In this document: in pieces, positions 19,615-32,403 of the stretch
How positions within the stretch are numbered: position 1 is the first letter of the stretch
Layout: each line of letters begins with the position of its first letter
Assembly (NCBI GenBank): GCA_034521815.1
Contig: JAXHLW010000013.1
Coordinates: forward strand, 1,248,001 to 1,312,000
DNA: 64,000 nucleotides
Source: Trueperaceae bacterium
GTDB lineage: Bacteria > Deinococcota > Deinococci > Deinococcales > Trueperaceae
Direction of reading: 5' to 3'
Program-made: the position numbers and the translations under genes
The notes under the pieces: generated by a model
Databases searched by the model: none
Seen by the model: only the letters and a program-made list of their open reading frames with translations
Told to the model about the DNA's origin: nothing

Positions 19615-21496
19615 GGGAGCCGTCCGCGCGCTGTGGTGGCTGGTGGCGCTGTCCCTCGTTCCCGCCGCGCTTCTCGGCTGGCAGCGCCACCGTGCCGAGG
19701 GCGACACCCGGCGCGTCGCCATCGTCATGGACGAAGACGCGCTCGAGACGCAGGCCCGCACCCTGAATCGCGATCCGTTCGAGCTCGCGCTCCACTACCG
19801 CTCGCTGGGCCTACCCGGCATCGCGATCTACGAGCAGACCCCCAGGAGCCTGGCCGCCGACGGACGCGCCGCGATGATCACGGGCGCGGACGCGATCGCG
19901 CAGACGGTCGCGAACGGCCTGCCGCCTCCCGACGTTCCCGCCCACGCCACCCTGATCCGTGCGCTCGAGCCGGGGGCGCTCGACGACCTGATCGCAGCGA
20001 TGCCCGCGCCGCCCGACACCGTCCGCCTGGGCGGGCACGACTGGTGGGCGCTACCCGGCGACGACGCCGAGATTCGTCCGGCGGGCCCGGACCGCACGAA
20101 GGTCGCCCGGTACGTGGAGGCCGGCTTCGACGTCGCCTACCGACCCCGCAACGCGCCCGGCCTGCGCGACGTGGGCGCGACGTTCCCAGGGCGCGCCCGC
20201 TACCTGATCCACGCCGGCCTGGACGTCGCCGGCCATCCGCACGACCTGACCGGGCTGGCGGACGCCTCGCAGGCGTACTGGACCGCGGTCATCGAGGGCA
20301 CGCCGCAGGACGGCTTCGCCGCGCTGCGCGGCAAGGTCCCCACGGTCCGCCTGTTGAGCTTCAATCAGGACTACCTGAACCAGGGGCTGCGTCCCGCCGA
20401 GGTGGTGGACAAGTACCTGCTCGCCGCCGAGGAGCGCAACGTCCGGCTGCTCTACCTGCGGCCCTACACCGAGCAGCAGCTCGGCGACATGCTGGCCAAC
20501 ACCGAAGCCCTGGTCGGCGGACTCGTCGCCGCGCTCGAGGCGTCCGGCTTCGAGATCGGCCCGCTCCCCTTGGACCAGGAGAGCCTGGGCGACTATGCGC
20601 CGTCGCGCTGGCTTCGCGCGGCCGCCGCCGTCGGCGTCCTCGCCGGCCTCGGCCTGCTGGCCGCGCTCTACCCCGGCGTGTGGGGACTGCTGGCCGCGGC
20701 GGCGGTCGGCGGGCTCGGCGTGGTGGCGGCTGGACTCGATTGGGACGCCCTGGCGCTGATCGCGGCGCTCGTCTTCCCGGTTCTCGGCTACGGCCGTCCG
20801 CTGCGCGAAGGCTCCTTTCGTACAGGCACCGATCGTACAGGCACCGACGAGCCCGACCGCAGAGGGGCGTGGATCCTGCTGCGCGCGACCGCCGTGAGCC
20901 TGATCGGCGCGATCCTGCTGGTGGCGGTGGGAAGCGACAGGGCGTCGGTCCTGGGCGTCGAGCCGTTCAGGGGCGTCGCCGCGACGCTGGTCGTCCCGCC
21001 GGCGCTCTTCCTCGCGCACGCGATGCTGCGCGAGCGCGGTCCGGCCGGCTGGCTGCGCACCTTGTGGTCGCGTGAGATCCGCCTCGGCCCGGCCATGTTG
21101 GCCGCCGTGGGCGTGGCCGCTCTGGCCCTCGTCGTCATCCGCCGCGGCAACACCCCGATCATCGGCGCCAGCGAGCTGGAGCTCGAGATCCGCGAAGCGC
21201 TGGCCTCCGCCTTCGCCCGGCCCCGCTTCAAGGAGCTGCTCGGGCATCCGCTCGGACTGCTGGGTCTGACCGGAAAGGGGTGGCCGGAGTGGATCCGCGC
21301 TCCGCTGCTCACCGGGGGCGTGATCGCCCAGGCCAGCATCCTGAACAGCTTCGCGCACTACCACACGCCGCTGGCGATCTCGCTGGAGCGCACGATCGTC
21401 GCGCTGGCGCTGGGCGGCGCGTTGGGCCTGGCGGGCGTGATCATCGCGCGACCGCTGGTCCGCTGGGGTCGTCGCTGGCTGGACGCAGCGGCGTGA
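19607..21496 (+). CDS. DUF5693-like membrane protein (csaB-associated)
   Basis: ERNVRLLYLRP, EPFRGV, RPRFKELLGHP and SILNSFAHYHTP; multiple TM segments; directly upstream of csaB. Confidence 0.75.
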   Translation: MPEGAVRALWWLVALSLVPAALLGWQRHRAEGDTRRVAIVMDEDALETQARTLNRDPFELALHYRSLGLPGIAIYEQTPRSLAADGRAAMITGADAIAQTVANGLPPPDVPAHATLIRALEPGALDDLIAAMPAPPDTVRLGGHDWWALPGDDAEIRPAGPDRTKVARYVEAGFDVAYRPRNAPGLRDVGATFPGRARYLIHAGLDVAGHPHDLTGLADASQAYWTAVIEGTPQDGFAALRGKVPTVRLLSFNQDYLNQGLRPAEVVDKYLLAAEERNVRLLYLRPYTEQQLGDMLANTEALVGGLVAALEASGFEIGPLPLDQESLGDYAPSRWLRAAAAVGVLAGLGLLAALYPGVWGLLAAAAVGGLGVVAAGLDWDALALIAALVFPVLGYGRPLREGSFRTGTDRTGTDEPDRRGAWILLRATAVSLIGAILLVAVGSDRASVLGVEPFRGVAATLVVPPALFLAHAMLRERGPAGWLRTLWSREIRLGPAMLAAVGVAALALVVIRRGNTPIIGASELELEIREALASAFARPRFKELLGHPLGLLGLTGKGWPEWIRAPLLTGGVIAQASILNSFAHYHTPLAISLERTIVALALGGALGLAGVIIARPLVRWGRRWLDAAA

Positions 21497-22542
21497 AGGT
21501 CCTCGTGTCGGGCTACCTCGGCCAGGGAAACCTGGGCGACGAGGCGATCTTCGCGGGGCTCGCCCGCGGCCTCGCCGCGCGCGGACACGCGGTGCAGGCG
21601 TTGAGCGGCGCCCCCGCCGCGACGCGAGCGTCGCACGGGGTTCCCGCCTGGCATCGCCTGCGCGACCTCCCCTGGGCGCTGAGCCGGGCCGACGCGGTCG
21701 TCTCCGGCGGCGGCGGGCTCCTCCAGGACGCGACCAGCCATCGCAGCCTGCTGTACTACCTCGGCGTGATCCGAGCCGCCCGGGCGACCGGCGCACGGGT
21801 CGTGGTGGCCGGACAATCGATCGGACCGCTCTCGGCCCGAGGCCGCCGAGCGGTCGCGGGAGCGCTGGCCGGACTGCCGGTCGCCGTGCGCGACGCGCCC
21901 TCGCAGGCGCTCCTCGCGGAGATGGGGATCGACGCGCCCCGCTTCGCCGACCTGGCGCTCGCCCTGCCGCTCAGGAGCGTGCGACGGGTCGGCGGCGTGC
22001 TGCTGGTGCCGCGCGCCGACGTGGCGGGCGCGCGAGCCGGGCTCGTGGCCGTCGCCCGCGACGCCCTCGGAGCGGGCCGTCCCGTGGGCGTCGTCCCGCT
22101 CCAGCGCGGAGCCGACGAGGAGGAGGCCGACGCGATCGTCGCCGAGGTTCCCGGCGCGGAGCGGCGCCACGCCGACACCGCCGGTCGCGCCCTGGCGCGC
22201 TGCGCCGAAGCGGACCTGGTCGTCTCCGTCCGCCTCCACGGCCTGATCCTGGCCGCACGAGCCGGCGTCGCCCACGTCGGCGTGGCGTACGACCCGAAGG
22301 TGGACGGGTTCTTGGAGCGTAGCGGCGGAGCGTCGGCACAGGTCCCCGTCGACGCGGACGAGCTCGGACGCCTGGCCACCGCAGCGACCCGGCCGGCGGC
22401 GGGGCTCGGCGAGTCGCTGCGGGCCTCCGCCGAGGCGGGGCTCGACTGGCTCGACGAAGCGCTCCGCCAGGGCTCCGAGCCCGGTCGCGGCGATCCCGCC
22501 GACGGGCGAACCGGCGGGGCGCCGGGTAGCATGGCGCCATGA
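21493..22542 (+). CDS. csaB: polysaccharide pyruvyl transferase
   Basis: SGYLGQGNLGDEA, SGGGGLLQDATS..SLLYY, RLHGLI and YDPKV. Confidence 0.9.
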   Translation: MKVLVSGYLGQGNLGDEAIFAGLARGLAARGHAVQALSGAPAATRASHGVPAWHRLRDLPWALSRADAVVSGGGGLLQDATSHRSLLYYLGVIRAARATGARVVVAGQSIGPLSARGRRAVAGALAGLPVAVRDAPSQALLAEMGIDAPRFADLALALPLRSVRRVGGVLLVPRADVAGARAGLVAVARDALGAGRPVGVVPLQRGADEEEADAIVAEVPGAERRHADTAGRALARCAEADLVVSVRLHGLILAARAGVAHVGVAYDPKVDGFLERSGGASAQVPVDADELGRLATAATRPAAGLGESLRASAEAGLDWLDEALRQGSEPGRGDPADGRTGGAPGSMAP

Positions 22543-23348
22543 GTCGCACCCGCGCCCCCTGGACGCCCTGCGCCACGGCCCCGCCGGCCCGAGCGGCGCT
22601 CGTTGCGATCGTCGCGGCCGCGCTGCTCGGCCTGTCGTCCGGCCAGGGCGACCCCGCCTCCGCGATGCGCGACCTGCTGGCCCGCGGCTACTACAACGCC
22701 GCGGCCCAGCTCGAGGGACCGAACCTGGTCCAGCAACGCCCGGACGACCCCGAGGCGCACTACCTGTACGCGCGCGCCGCCTGGCTGACCGACGACCTGA
22801 CCACCGCACGGCGCGAGCTGGACGCCGCCCTGGCGCTGGTGGGGAGCCCGCCCGCCCCGTACGTGCACCTGAACGGTCTGTTGAGGGCCGCGGAAGGGGA
22901 CGCCGAGGGCGCGTTGCGCTCGCTCGAGAACGCCTTCCTCCGCAGTCGCGACTACCAGCACGGCATGGACTACGGCCTGATCGCATGGCGCGAAGGACGT
23001 CTCGAGACCGCCCTCTCGGCGTACGCCGCGGCCGCCGAGACGACGCGCGGGCAGCGCGAGCCGTGGCCGCACCTGAACCGGGGTCGGATCCTGGCACGCG
23101 TGGGTCGGAGCGACGAGGCGGTGGAGGCGTTCGAGATGGCGATCGAGGTGTTCGAGCGCAGCGATCCGGGCGGTGTCGTGCCGCCATCGGCCGCCTACGT
23201 CGAGGCGTTCTACCGGCTGGGCAGGCTCAGGGAAGCGGCAGGCGACCTCGCCAGGGCCGAGCAGGACTACAAAGCGGCGCGCAGCATCGACCCGAACTAC
23301 ACGCCTGCGATCCAGGCGCTCGACGCGCTGACGCGCCGGTTGGAGTGA
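22539..23348 (+). CDS. exported TPR protein
   Basis: Hydrophobic N-terminus followed by TPR-like helices (AFYRLGRL..AGDLARAEQDYKAARSIDPNY). Confidence 0.75.
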   Translation: MSRTRAPWTPCATAPPARAALVAIVAAALLGLSSGQGDPASAMRDLLARGYYNAAAQLEGPNLVQQRPDDPEAHYLYARAAWLTDDLTTARRELDAALALVGSPPAPYVHLNGLLRAAEGDAEGALRSLENAFLRSRDYQHGMDYGLIAWREGRLETALSAYAAAAETTRGQREPWPHLNRGRILARVGRSDEAVEAFEMAIEVFERSDPGGVVPPSAAYVEAFYRLGRLREAAGDLARAEQDYKAARSIDPNYTPAIQALDALTRRLE

Positions 23349-23410
23349 GCGACCAGGCGCGCCGGAAAGCGTGACCCGGGTCGCGCCGTGGACGACGACG
23401 CGCGCTGGGC

Positions 23411-24682
23411 TCAGTTCACCGTTCGCGTGCGCCGGGCGGCGAAATCCTGAAGCACGTAGCGGCCGATCGTGCGTGGCGTCGTGAAGTACGCCTTGCCTCG
23501 CGTCATCGCGCTCACCCTCTGCACGAACGCGATCAGCTCGGGATCGCGGGCCAGCATGAAGGTGTTGATCTGGATTCCCTCGCGGCGACACGCCGCCACT
23601 TCGCGCAGCGTCTCGCCCATCACCACCGGATCGAGCCCGTAGGCGTTCTTGTAGATCCGACCGTTCGGCAGCGTGATCGCCGACGGCTTGCCGTCCGTGA
23701 TCATCACCACCTGCTTCATCTCCTTGCTCTCGCGCTTCAGCAGCCTGCGCGCGGTGCTCAGACCCTGCGCCGTGTTCGTGTGGTAGGGGCCCACCCGCGC
23801 CTGGGCCAGCCGAGCCAGGGGGATCTCCTCGGCCCCGTCGTGGAACAGCACGAAGCGCACGCTGTCGCCCGGGTACTGCGTGCGGATCATGTGCGCCAAG
23901 GCCAACGCCACCTGCTTCGCCGGCGTGAAGCGGTCCTCGCCGTAGAGGATCATCGAGTGGCTGCAGTCCAGCATCACCACCGTCGCGGCGGCCGCCTGCA
24001 GCTCGGCCTGCTGGACGTGCAGATCGTCCTCGCGCAGCTCGATCGGGCCGTCGCCGTTCGCGCGAGCCGCCGCGGACTTGAACGTCTCGCCGAGGTCGAG
24101 GTTCATCGCGTCTCCGAACGAATACGGGCGACTCTCGCCCACCGCCTCGATTCCGGCGATGCGGGCGCGCGTCTCGTGCGCGCCCAAGGTGCCGCCCCCG
24201 CGCCCCCCGAGCACGTCGCGCAACGTCCGGTAGCCGAGGAAGTCGATCGACTTGTCGGTCAGCTCGAAGCGGGCCTCGCCCGGGTCGCCCTGCCGCGGGT
24301 CGTCCTGCCACGGCTCGCCCTGGCCCGAGCCGTCCCCGGCCTCGGCCGCCGGACCGCCGTCGCCACCCTCGGCGCGCAGGTAGCCCTCGCGCTCCAGGCG
24401 GCGGGCCAGCTCGCGCACCATCTCGCCCAGCGCGCTGTCCAGCCAGTCGTCCGCCTCCATCGCCGCCTCGAGGACGTCGTCCGGAATCCTTCCCGATCGG
24501 AAGAGCGCCTCGGCGATCGCCTCGTACAGGTCGCGCATCGTGCGACCCGCGTCCGGATCGGGCGAGAACGGGTCGCGCTCGAACCCCGACGAGAGCAGAC
24601 GATCCTGGAGGAGGCGCATCAGCTCCGCCATGTCCAGGTCGTCGAGCGTCGCCTCGTAGCGCGAGAATCGGGTCGATCCCAT
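23411..24682 (-). CDS. vWA domain protein
   Basis: MIDAS motif LDCSHSM, TNTAQGL and MITDGKP. Confidence 0.85.
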   Translation of the reverse strand: MGSTRFSRYEATLDDLDMAELMRLLQDRLLSSGFERDPFSPDPDAGRTMRDLYEAIAEALFRSGRIPDDVLEAAMEADDWLDSALGEMVRELARRLEREGYLRAEGGDGGPAAEAGDGSGQGEPWQDDPRQGDPGEARFELTDKSIDFLGYRTLRDVLGGRGGGTLGAHETRARIAGIEAVGESRPYSFGDAMNLDLGETFKSAAARANGDGPIELREDDLHVQQAELQAAAATVVMLDCSHSMILYGEDRFTPAKQVALALAHMIRTQYPGDSVRFVLFHDGAEEIPLARLAQARVGPYHTNTAQGLSTARRLLKRESKEMKQVVMITDGKPSAITLPNGRIYKNAYGLDPVVMGETLREVAACRREGIQINTFMLARDPELIAFVQRVSAMTRGKAYFTTPRTIGRYVLQDFAARRTRTVN

Positions 24683-24690
24683 CGTCGTCC

Positions 24691-26187
24691 TCAGTTCCAG
24701 CGCCGCCGGGCGGCGCCGGCCTCGCGCGCGTCCGGCTCGACGGCGACGTAGCCGCGCTCCTCGCTCCGTCCGATGCGCCTGCGGGCGTGGAGCCCCTCGA
24801 GGACGAACTCGCCGGCGGCGGCACGCTCGTCCGCGTCGGTCCCGCCCGAGAGCGTGGCGCTGGCCTCCAGAAGCCCGGGCACCTGCGCCATCTCGTCCAG
24901 CCAGCGGTCGGCGGGGACCTCTCCGGGCAGCCGCAGGACGGCATCGTTCTCGAACCAGGCGACCACCTCCTCGACCTCGAGCTCGCCCGCGTGCGCCGTG
25001 AAGGTGCGGCCGATCGCCTCCCGGACGATGTCGCGGGCGACCGCCTCGCCGCCCTTGAGCTCGCCTTCGTACTCGAGCTCCAGCTTTCCGGTCACGGCCG
25101 ACAGCGCCTGGTACAGATCACTGATCCTCGCGACGGGGCGCGTGTCGCCGTGCGCCAGCGCCCGACGTTCGGCGTTCGAGATCACCGTCTCGAGCAGCGA
25201 GATCGGCAGACGCTGCGAGACGCCGGAATGCTTGTCGACCCGGGCGTCCTCGCGCGCGATGAAGGCGACCTGCTCGACGGCCTCGGCCACCCAGGCGGGC
25301 ACCAGCACGTCGGCGTCCCGCGCCGTCCAGGCCTCCTGCGCCGTGACGCGCATGCCCTCCTCGACCGTCCCCTGGTAGTGGGTGCGGACCTCGCTCCCGA
25401 TTCGGTCCTTGAGCGGCGTGATGATCTTGCCGCGGGCGGTGTAGTCCTCGGGGTTGGCGCTGAAGACCAGCAGCACGTCCAGCGGCAGCCGGACGGGGTA
25501 GCCGCGGATCTGGACGTCACCCTCCTGCATCACGTTGAACAGCGCGACCTGCACCTTGCCGGACAGGTCGGGAAGCTCGTTCACCGCGAACACGCCGCGA
25601 TTCGCACGCGGCAACAGGCCGTAGTGCACGCTGCGCTCGTCGCCGAGGCGCGTGCCCAGCCGGGACGCCTTGATCGGGTCGATGTCGCCGACGATGTCGG
25701 CGACGGTCACGTCGGGCGTGGCGAGCTTCTCGACGTAGCGCGCCTCGCGGGGCAGCCAGGCCACCTCGGCCTCGTCGCCCTGCTCGGCAACGATCGTTCG
25801 GCCTTCGAGCGAGACGGGCGCCAGCGGATCGTCGTTGAGCTCCGAGCCGGCCAGGACCGGCACCAGCGGGTCGAGCAAGTCGGTGAGCTGACGCAGCATC
25901 CGCGTCTTCGCCTGGCCGCGAAGACCCAGCAGGATGAAGTTGTGGCGGGCGAGCAGCGCGTTCACGATCTGCGGAACGACCGTGTCGTCGTAGCCGACGA
26001 TGCCGGGAAACACCGGCCCGCCCTGGCGAAGACGGCTCACGAGATTCGCCCTCAGCTCGTCTTTGACGCTGCGACCCGCGAGAGCGGCCCAGCGGCTCGC
26101 CCGGAGCTCGCCCAGGGTCGCCGGGCGGGCGCCGTCGGCGCCACCTACGGGGGTGCCGGCGAGAGGGGTGCGTGCGGGATCGTCCAT
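24691..26187 (-). CDS. AAA+ ATPase, Mg-chelatase ChlI-like
   Basis: [27 protein letters not shown] and [17 protein letters not shown]. The ATG at 26187 is 5 nt after TACCAT. Confidence 0.85.
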   Translation of the reverse strand: MDDPARTPLAGTPVGGADGARPATLGELRASRWAALAGRSVKDELRANLVSRLRQGGPVFPGIVGYDDTVVPQIVNALLARHNFILLGLRGQAKTRMLRQLTDLLDPLVPVLAGSELNDDPLAPVSLEGRTIVAEQGDEAEVAWLPREARYVEKLATPDVTVADIVGDIDPIKASRLGTRLGDERSVHYGLLPRANRGVFAVNELPDLSGKVQVALFNVMQEGDVQIRGYPVRLPLDVLLVFSANPEDYTARGKIITPLKDRIGSEVRTHYQGTVEEGMRVTAQEAWTARDADVLVPAWVAEAVEQVAFIAREDARVDKHSGVSQRLPISLLETVISNAERRALAHGDTRPVARISDLYQALSAVTGKLELEYEGELKGGEAVARDIVREAIGRTFTAHAGELEVEEVVAWFENDAVLRLPGEVPADRWLDEMAQVPGLLEASATLSGGTDADERAAAGEFVLEGLHARRRIGRSEERGYVAVEPDAREAGAARRRWN

Positions 26188-26284
26188 GGGGCATGGTAGC
26201 ACCGGCCTCCGGGCGGTCGATATCGCGCCAGACTGCAATGCGGCCGCCATCGTGCTCCGGTCCGGTGCCCAGGTACAGTGCGCC

Positions 26285-27550
26285 ATGCACGCGACGGACG
26301 CACCGATGGACGCACCGATGGAAGCACCGATCCGCAGCGCCGAGATCGTCGCGGTCGGAACCGAGCTGCTGCTCGGCGAGATCGTGGACACGAACGGCGC
26401 CTGGCTGGCGGCGACGCTGGCCGACCGCGGGGTGGACGTGTACTGGTCGGTCCGCGTCGGCGACAACCTCGCACGCGTCCGCGAAGCGCTCGAGGCGGCC
26501 CTCGAGCGGAGCGACCTGGTGGTCACCAGCGGGGGGCTCGGCCCGACCGAGGACGATCTCACCCGTGAGGCGATCGCGGCGGTGGCCGGCGAGACGCCGA
26601 CCGTCGATCCGGTGCTCGAGGACGAGCTGCGCGCCCGGTTCGCGCGAATGGACCGGTCGATGCCGGAAGCCAACGTCAAGCAGGCCTGGACGATCCCGTC
26701 CTCGGAAACGCTTCCCAACCCGCGCGGCACGGCGCCCGGCTGGCTGGTCAGGCTGCAGCGCGGCGGCCGGACCCGCTACGTCGCGGCCCTGCCCGGACCG
26801 CCACGCGAGCTGCTGCGCATGGTCGAGCACGAGCTTCTCCCCAGGCTGCCGCTCCCCGAAAGCCGGCTGTGGACCACCACGCTGAAGGTCGGCGGCTTGG
26901 GCGAGTCGCACGTCGCTGCGGTGCTGGCCGAGCTCACCGCCGGCGCCAACCCGAGCGTCGCGACGTACGCTCGCGCGGACGGCGTGCACGTCCGGGTCGC
27001 GGCCAAAGGCCCCGACGCCGAGGCGGCCGAGACGCTTGGGCGGCCGGTCGCGCTGGAGGTCGCGGCGCGGCTGGGCGACGCGGTCTGGGGCGCCGACGAC
27101 GACGATCTCGCGTCGGTCGTGATCGATGCCCTGCACCGTTCCGGTCGCCGGCTCGCGGTGGTCGAGCGCGCGACCGGAGGACGCCTGGCGTCCGCCCTTT
27201 CCGCGGCCGACGAGCGGCGCTCGGCGCTCGCTGGGGCCGTGGTAGCATGGCAGGTCGATGCGATGGACACGCTCGGGCCGCCGGCCGCCTCCCTTCGGGG
27301 CGCGAACGCCGCCGAGGCGGCGGTCGGAGCTCGCGCGTTCTTCGCTGCCGACGCAGCGATCGCCGTGGGCGAGCTGCGCGCGATGGACGACGAGGACGGA
27401 GGCGTCTCGGTGGACGTCGCCGTCCGCGATGCGCAAGGGGACGAGACGGACACGGTCCGCCTCCTCGAGCGCGGCGGGCCCTGGGTACGCGACCGCGTCG
27501 TGCTACGGGCCCTCGACCTCCTGAGGCGCCGCCTACGGGACACCCGCTAA
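26285..27550 (+). CDS. cinA: CinA competence/damage-inducible protein
   Basis: [30 protein letters not shown] and LPGPP.E; immediately upstream of recA. Confidence 0.9.
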   Translation: MHATDAPMDAPMEAPIRSAEIVAVGTELLLGEIVDTNGAWLAATLADRGVDVYWSVRVGDNLARVREALEAALERSDLVVTSGGLGPTEDDLTREAIAAVAGETPTVDPVLEDELRARFARMDRSMPEANVKQAWTIPSSETLPNPRGTAPGWLVRLQRGGRTRYVAALPGPPRELLRMVEHELLPRLPLPESRLWTTTLKVGGLGESHVAAVLAELTAGANPSVATYARADGVHVRVAAKGPDAEAAETLGRPVALEVAARLGDAVWGADDDDLASVVIDALHRSGRRLAVVERATGGRLASALSAADERRSALAGAVVAWQVDAMDTLGPPAASLRGANAAEAAVGARAFFAADAAIAVGELRAMDDEDGGVSVDVAVRDAQGDETDTVRLLERGGPWVRDRVVLRALDLLRRRLRDTR

Positions 27551-27595
27551 GGATCATGGACCGCGCCCGCTCCGGCGCGTTGGAGGCGAGACCGA

Positions 27596-28710
27596 ATGGC
27601 CGAGACGAGCAGCGATCCGCGCCGCAAGGCGCTCGAGACCACCCTTCTCCAGATCGAGCGTCAGTTCGGGAAGGGTGCGGTGATGCGGCTTGGGGACGAG
27701 TCGCAGCGGGAGAAGATCGCGGTGATTTCGACGGGGTCGATGAGTGTGGATCTGGCTCTGGGGATCGGTGGGGTGCCGCGGGGTCGGGTGGTGGAGATCT
27801 ACGGTCCGGAGTCGGGTGGGAAGACGACGCTGGCGTTGCACATCATCGCGGAGGCGCAGGCGGCGGGGGGCGTGGCGGCGTTCGTGGACGCGGAGCATGC
27901 GTTGGATCCGAGCTACGCGGAGAACCTGGGCGTGAACGTGAGCGATCTGTTGGTGTCGCAGCCGGATACGGGGGAGCAGGCGCTGGAGATTACCGAGCTG
28001 TTGATCCGGTCGGGTGCGGTGGATGTGGTGGTGATCGATAGTGTCGCTGCGTTGGTGCCGCGTGCGGAGATCGAGGGCGAGATGGGGGATGCGCATGTGG
28101 GGTTGCAGGCGCGGTTGATGAGTCAGGCGCTCCGGAAGTTGACGAGCGTGCTGGCGAAGTCGCGGACGACGGCGGTGTTCATCAATCAGATTCGCGAGAA
28201 GATCGGGGTGATGTACGGCAATCCGGAGACCACGCCGGGGGGTCGCGCCCTGAAGTTCTACGCGAGTGTCCGCATGGAGGTGCGTCGCAAGGGGGACGTG
28301 AAGGTGGGGGCGGACAAGGTGGGGAATCGGACGCGGGTGAAGGTGACGAAGAACAAGGTGGCTCCGCCGTTCAAGGAGGCGGAGGTGGAGATCATTTTCG
28401 GTCGGGGGATCGACAAGATCGGGGATCTCCTGGGCATCGCGACGGATCTGGATGTGGTGCAGAAGAGCGGGTCGTGGTTCTCGTACGGGGAGACGCGTTT
28501 GGGGCAGGGCAAGGAGAAGGCGGGCGAGTTTCTCGCGGAGCGTCCGGAGCTGTTGACGCAGATTCGTAGCGAAGTGACCGAGCGGCTGAAACCGAAACCG
28601 AAGGGGGACGCGGCGGCCGACGGCGCGAGCGCATCGGCGTCGCCGAGCGCGGCCGGCGCCCCCGCGAACGACGGTCCGACCACCGGGACGAGCAGCTCGG
28701 ACGGCGCGGC

Positions 28711-28714
<4 letters not shown>
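27596..28714 (+). CDS. recA: recombinase A
   Basis: [27 protein letters not shown] and [10 protein letters not shown]. Confidence 0.98.
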
Positions 28715-30381
<1,667 letters not shown>

Positions 30382-30585
30382 CGGGCCGGGTCGTGGCTAC
30401 GCACCGGGTCGGGTGCCCCGGCGGGTCTGGGGTATGCTCTCCGCCGTCGGTTCGAAGGTAGCGACGCGCCGCGACTCTCCTGCGAGGTGGAACGTGCAGA
30501 GGTGGAACGTGCAAAGGCCTGACCGCAGACGCCCTGTCCCCCGCTTTCGAGCGCGCTCTCACGTCCTGAGCCAGGGGCGGCGCCC

Positions 30586-31530
30586 ATGAGGGTCGGAGAC
30601 GACGTCAAGCTCTTCAGCGGGACGGCGACGCCGGACCTCGCACGGGCCGTCGCGGAGAACCTGGGGATGCGGCTCTCGAACGGCTCGGTGTCGCGGTTTC
30701 CCGACGGCGAGACCCGCATCCAGATCGACGAGAGCGTCCGCGGCGCGGACTGCTACATCGTTCAGTCCACCTGCGCACCGGTGAACCACAGCCTGATGGA
30801 GGTGCTCGTCCTCGCCGATGCGCTCAAGCGCGCCTCGGCCTGGCGCGTGAACGCGGTGGTGCCGTACTTCGGCTACGCCCGGCAGGACAAGAAGGTCCAG
30901 GCGCGCGAGCCGATCACCGCCAAGCTGGTCGCGAACCTGATGCAGACCGCCGGCGTGGACCGCGTCATCACCGTGGACCTTCACGCCGGGCAGATCCAGG
31001 GATTCTTCGACGTGCCCGTCGACCACCTCACCGCGCTCGACATTCTGGGCGATCACCTGGAGAAGGACGACCTGTCGGACTCGGTCGTCGTGTCGCCCGA
31101 CGTCGGTCGCGCCACCGAGGCGCGCCGGCTGGCCAACTACCTGGACCTGCCGCTCGCGATGCTGTACAAGCGTCGCACCAGCCCCACCGAGATCCACGTG
31201 ACGCACGTCATCGGCGACGTCGCAGGCCTGCGTCCGATCATGATCGACGACATGATCTCGACGGCAGGCACGATGCGTAACGGGATCGACGCCCTGCTGC
31301 GACTGGGCGCGCGACCCGACGTCACCGTCGCGGCGACCCACGCCGTGTTCACGCCACCCGCGCTGGAGCGCCTCACGCACCCGGCGATCGGGCGCATCGT
31401 CGTCACCGACACGGTGCCGTTCGCCGGCGGGCACGACGGCGTCGAAGTGCTGTCCGTGGCGCCGTTGTTGGCGAAGGCGATCCGGAACGTGCACGACAAC
31501 GCCTCGGTGAGCTCGCTCTTCAGCGGCTGA
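30586..31530 (+). CDS. prs: ribose-phosphate pyrophosphokinase
   Basis: FPDGE, YFGYARQDKK, DLHAGQIQGFF and IDDMISTAGT. Confidence 0.96.
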   Translation: MRVGDDVKLFSGTATPDLARAVAENLGMRLSNGSVSRFPDGETRIQIDESVRGADCYIVQSTCAPVNHSLMEVLVLADALKRASAWRVNAVVPYFGYARQDKKVQAREPITAKLVANLMQTAGVDRVITVDLHAGQIQGFFDVPVDHLTALDILGDHLEKDDLSDSVVVSPDVGRATEARRLANYLDLPLAMLYKRRTSPTEIHVTHVIGDVAGLRPIMIDDMISTAGTMRNGIDALLRLGARPDVTVAATHAVFTPPALERLTHPAIGRIVVTDTVPFAGGHDGVEVLSVAPLLAKAIRNVHDNASVSSLFSG

Positions 31531-31725
31531 CGCGCCGTTCGCTCGTCGCCCGCTTGCGGTGGGGAGCCAGGAACGAGTATCCTCGCATGTTGCGATGCGC
31601 GTCCCGTCATCGGGGCGCGCACCCGCCTGCGCACACCGGCGCGCCGTTCTCCGGCGCAGCGGGGTCCGCGGGCGCAGGAACCGACGCCAGGCGCCAGCGC
31701 GCGCTGGCCGCCACGGGAGGCACGC

Positions 31726-32388
31726 ATGAAGCTCGAAGCCAGCACGCGCACGACGGGACGGAGCAGCGCCCTCAGGCAAGAGGGTCGGCTCCCCGCCGTC
31801 GTCTACAACAAAGGTCTCAACCTGTCCGTCGCGATCGAGTTCAAGGCGTTCGACCGCGTCTTCCGCGAACAGGGGACCTCCAGCCTGATCGATCTCGAGG
31901 TGGACGGCGACAACCATCAGGTCCTCGTTCGCGAAGTCCAGATGGACAAGCGCCGCCGCATTCCGCTTCACGTCGACTTCTACGCCATCACCGCCGGCCA
32001 GAAGCTCGAGGTCGCCGTGCCGGTGATCTTCGCAGGCACCTCGAAGGGTCAGGAGGAGGAGGGCGGCCAGCTCGACGTCCAGCGCCGCGAAGTGACGATC
32101 TACGTCCTGCCTAGCCAGATTCCTCACGACGTGACCGTCGACATCTCCCACCTGGAGATCGGCGACTCGATCCACATCGGCGACGTCCGGGCGTTCCTCC
32201 CGGAAACGGCCGAGATCGTCGACGACGAGAGCCTGACGCTGGTCACCGTGCTCGCGCCGCGCCTCGAGGTCGAAGAAGAGGTCGAGGAAGACGAAGGCGC
32301 CGAGCCCGAAGTGATCGGACGTGGCGCGGAGGACGAAGAAGGGGAAGACTCGGAAGCCGCGGACGACGCGGACGACGACGAGGAGTAG
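31726..32388 (+). CDS. rplY: 50S ribosomal protein L25/Ctc
   Basis: LRQEGRLPAVVY and HVDFY; acidic tail; prs-rplY-pth synteny. Confidence 0.95.
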   Translation: MKLEASTRTTGRSSALRQEGRLPAVVYNKGLNLSVAIEFKAFDRVFREQGTSSLIDLEVDGDNHQVLVREVQMDKRRRIPLHVDFYAITAGQKLEVAVPVIFAGTSKGQEEEGGQLDVQRREVTIYVLPSQIPHDVTVDISHLEIGDSIHIGDVRAFLPETAEIVDDESLTLVTVLAPRLEVEEEVEEDEGAEPEVIGRGAEDEEGEDSEAADDADDDEE

Positions 32389-32403
32389 GGAGACGATCAC
32401 CAC

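Noticed and set aside
26190-26285. Radiation-desiccation response motif or SOS box upstream of cinA-recA
   Set aside because: No convincing palindrome of either type could be identified by eye.
30484-30513. Direct repeat as a mini CRISPR array
   Set aside because: Two adjacent 15-bp copies with no spacer, and no cas genes.
30427-30520. tRNA-Gln-like words (TGGGGTAT..., GGTTCGAA) or a riboswitch upstream of prs
   Set aside because: No cloverleaf can be formed and the spacing is far too short. TATGCT is better explained as a -10 box. I could not match ZTP or ykkC-type consensus elements.
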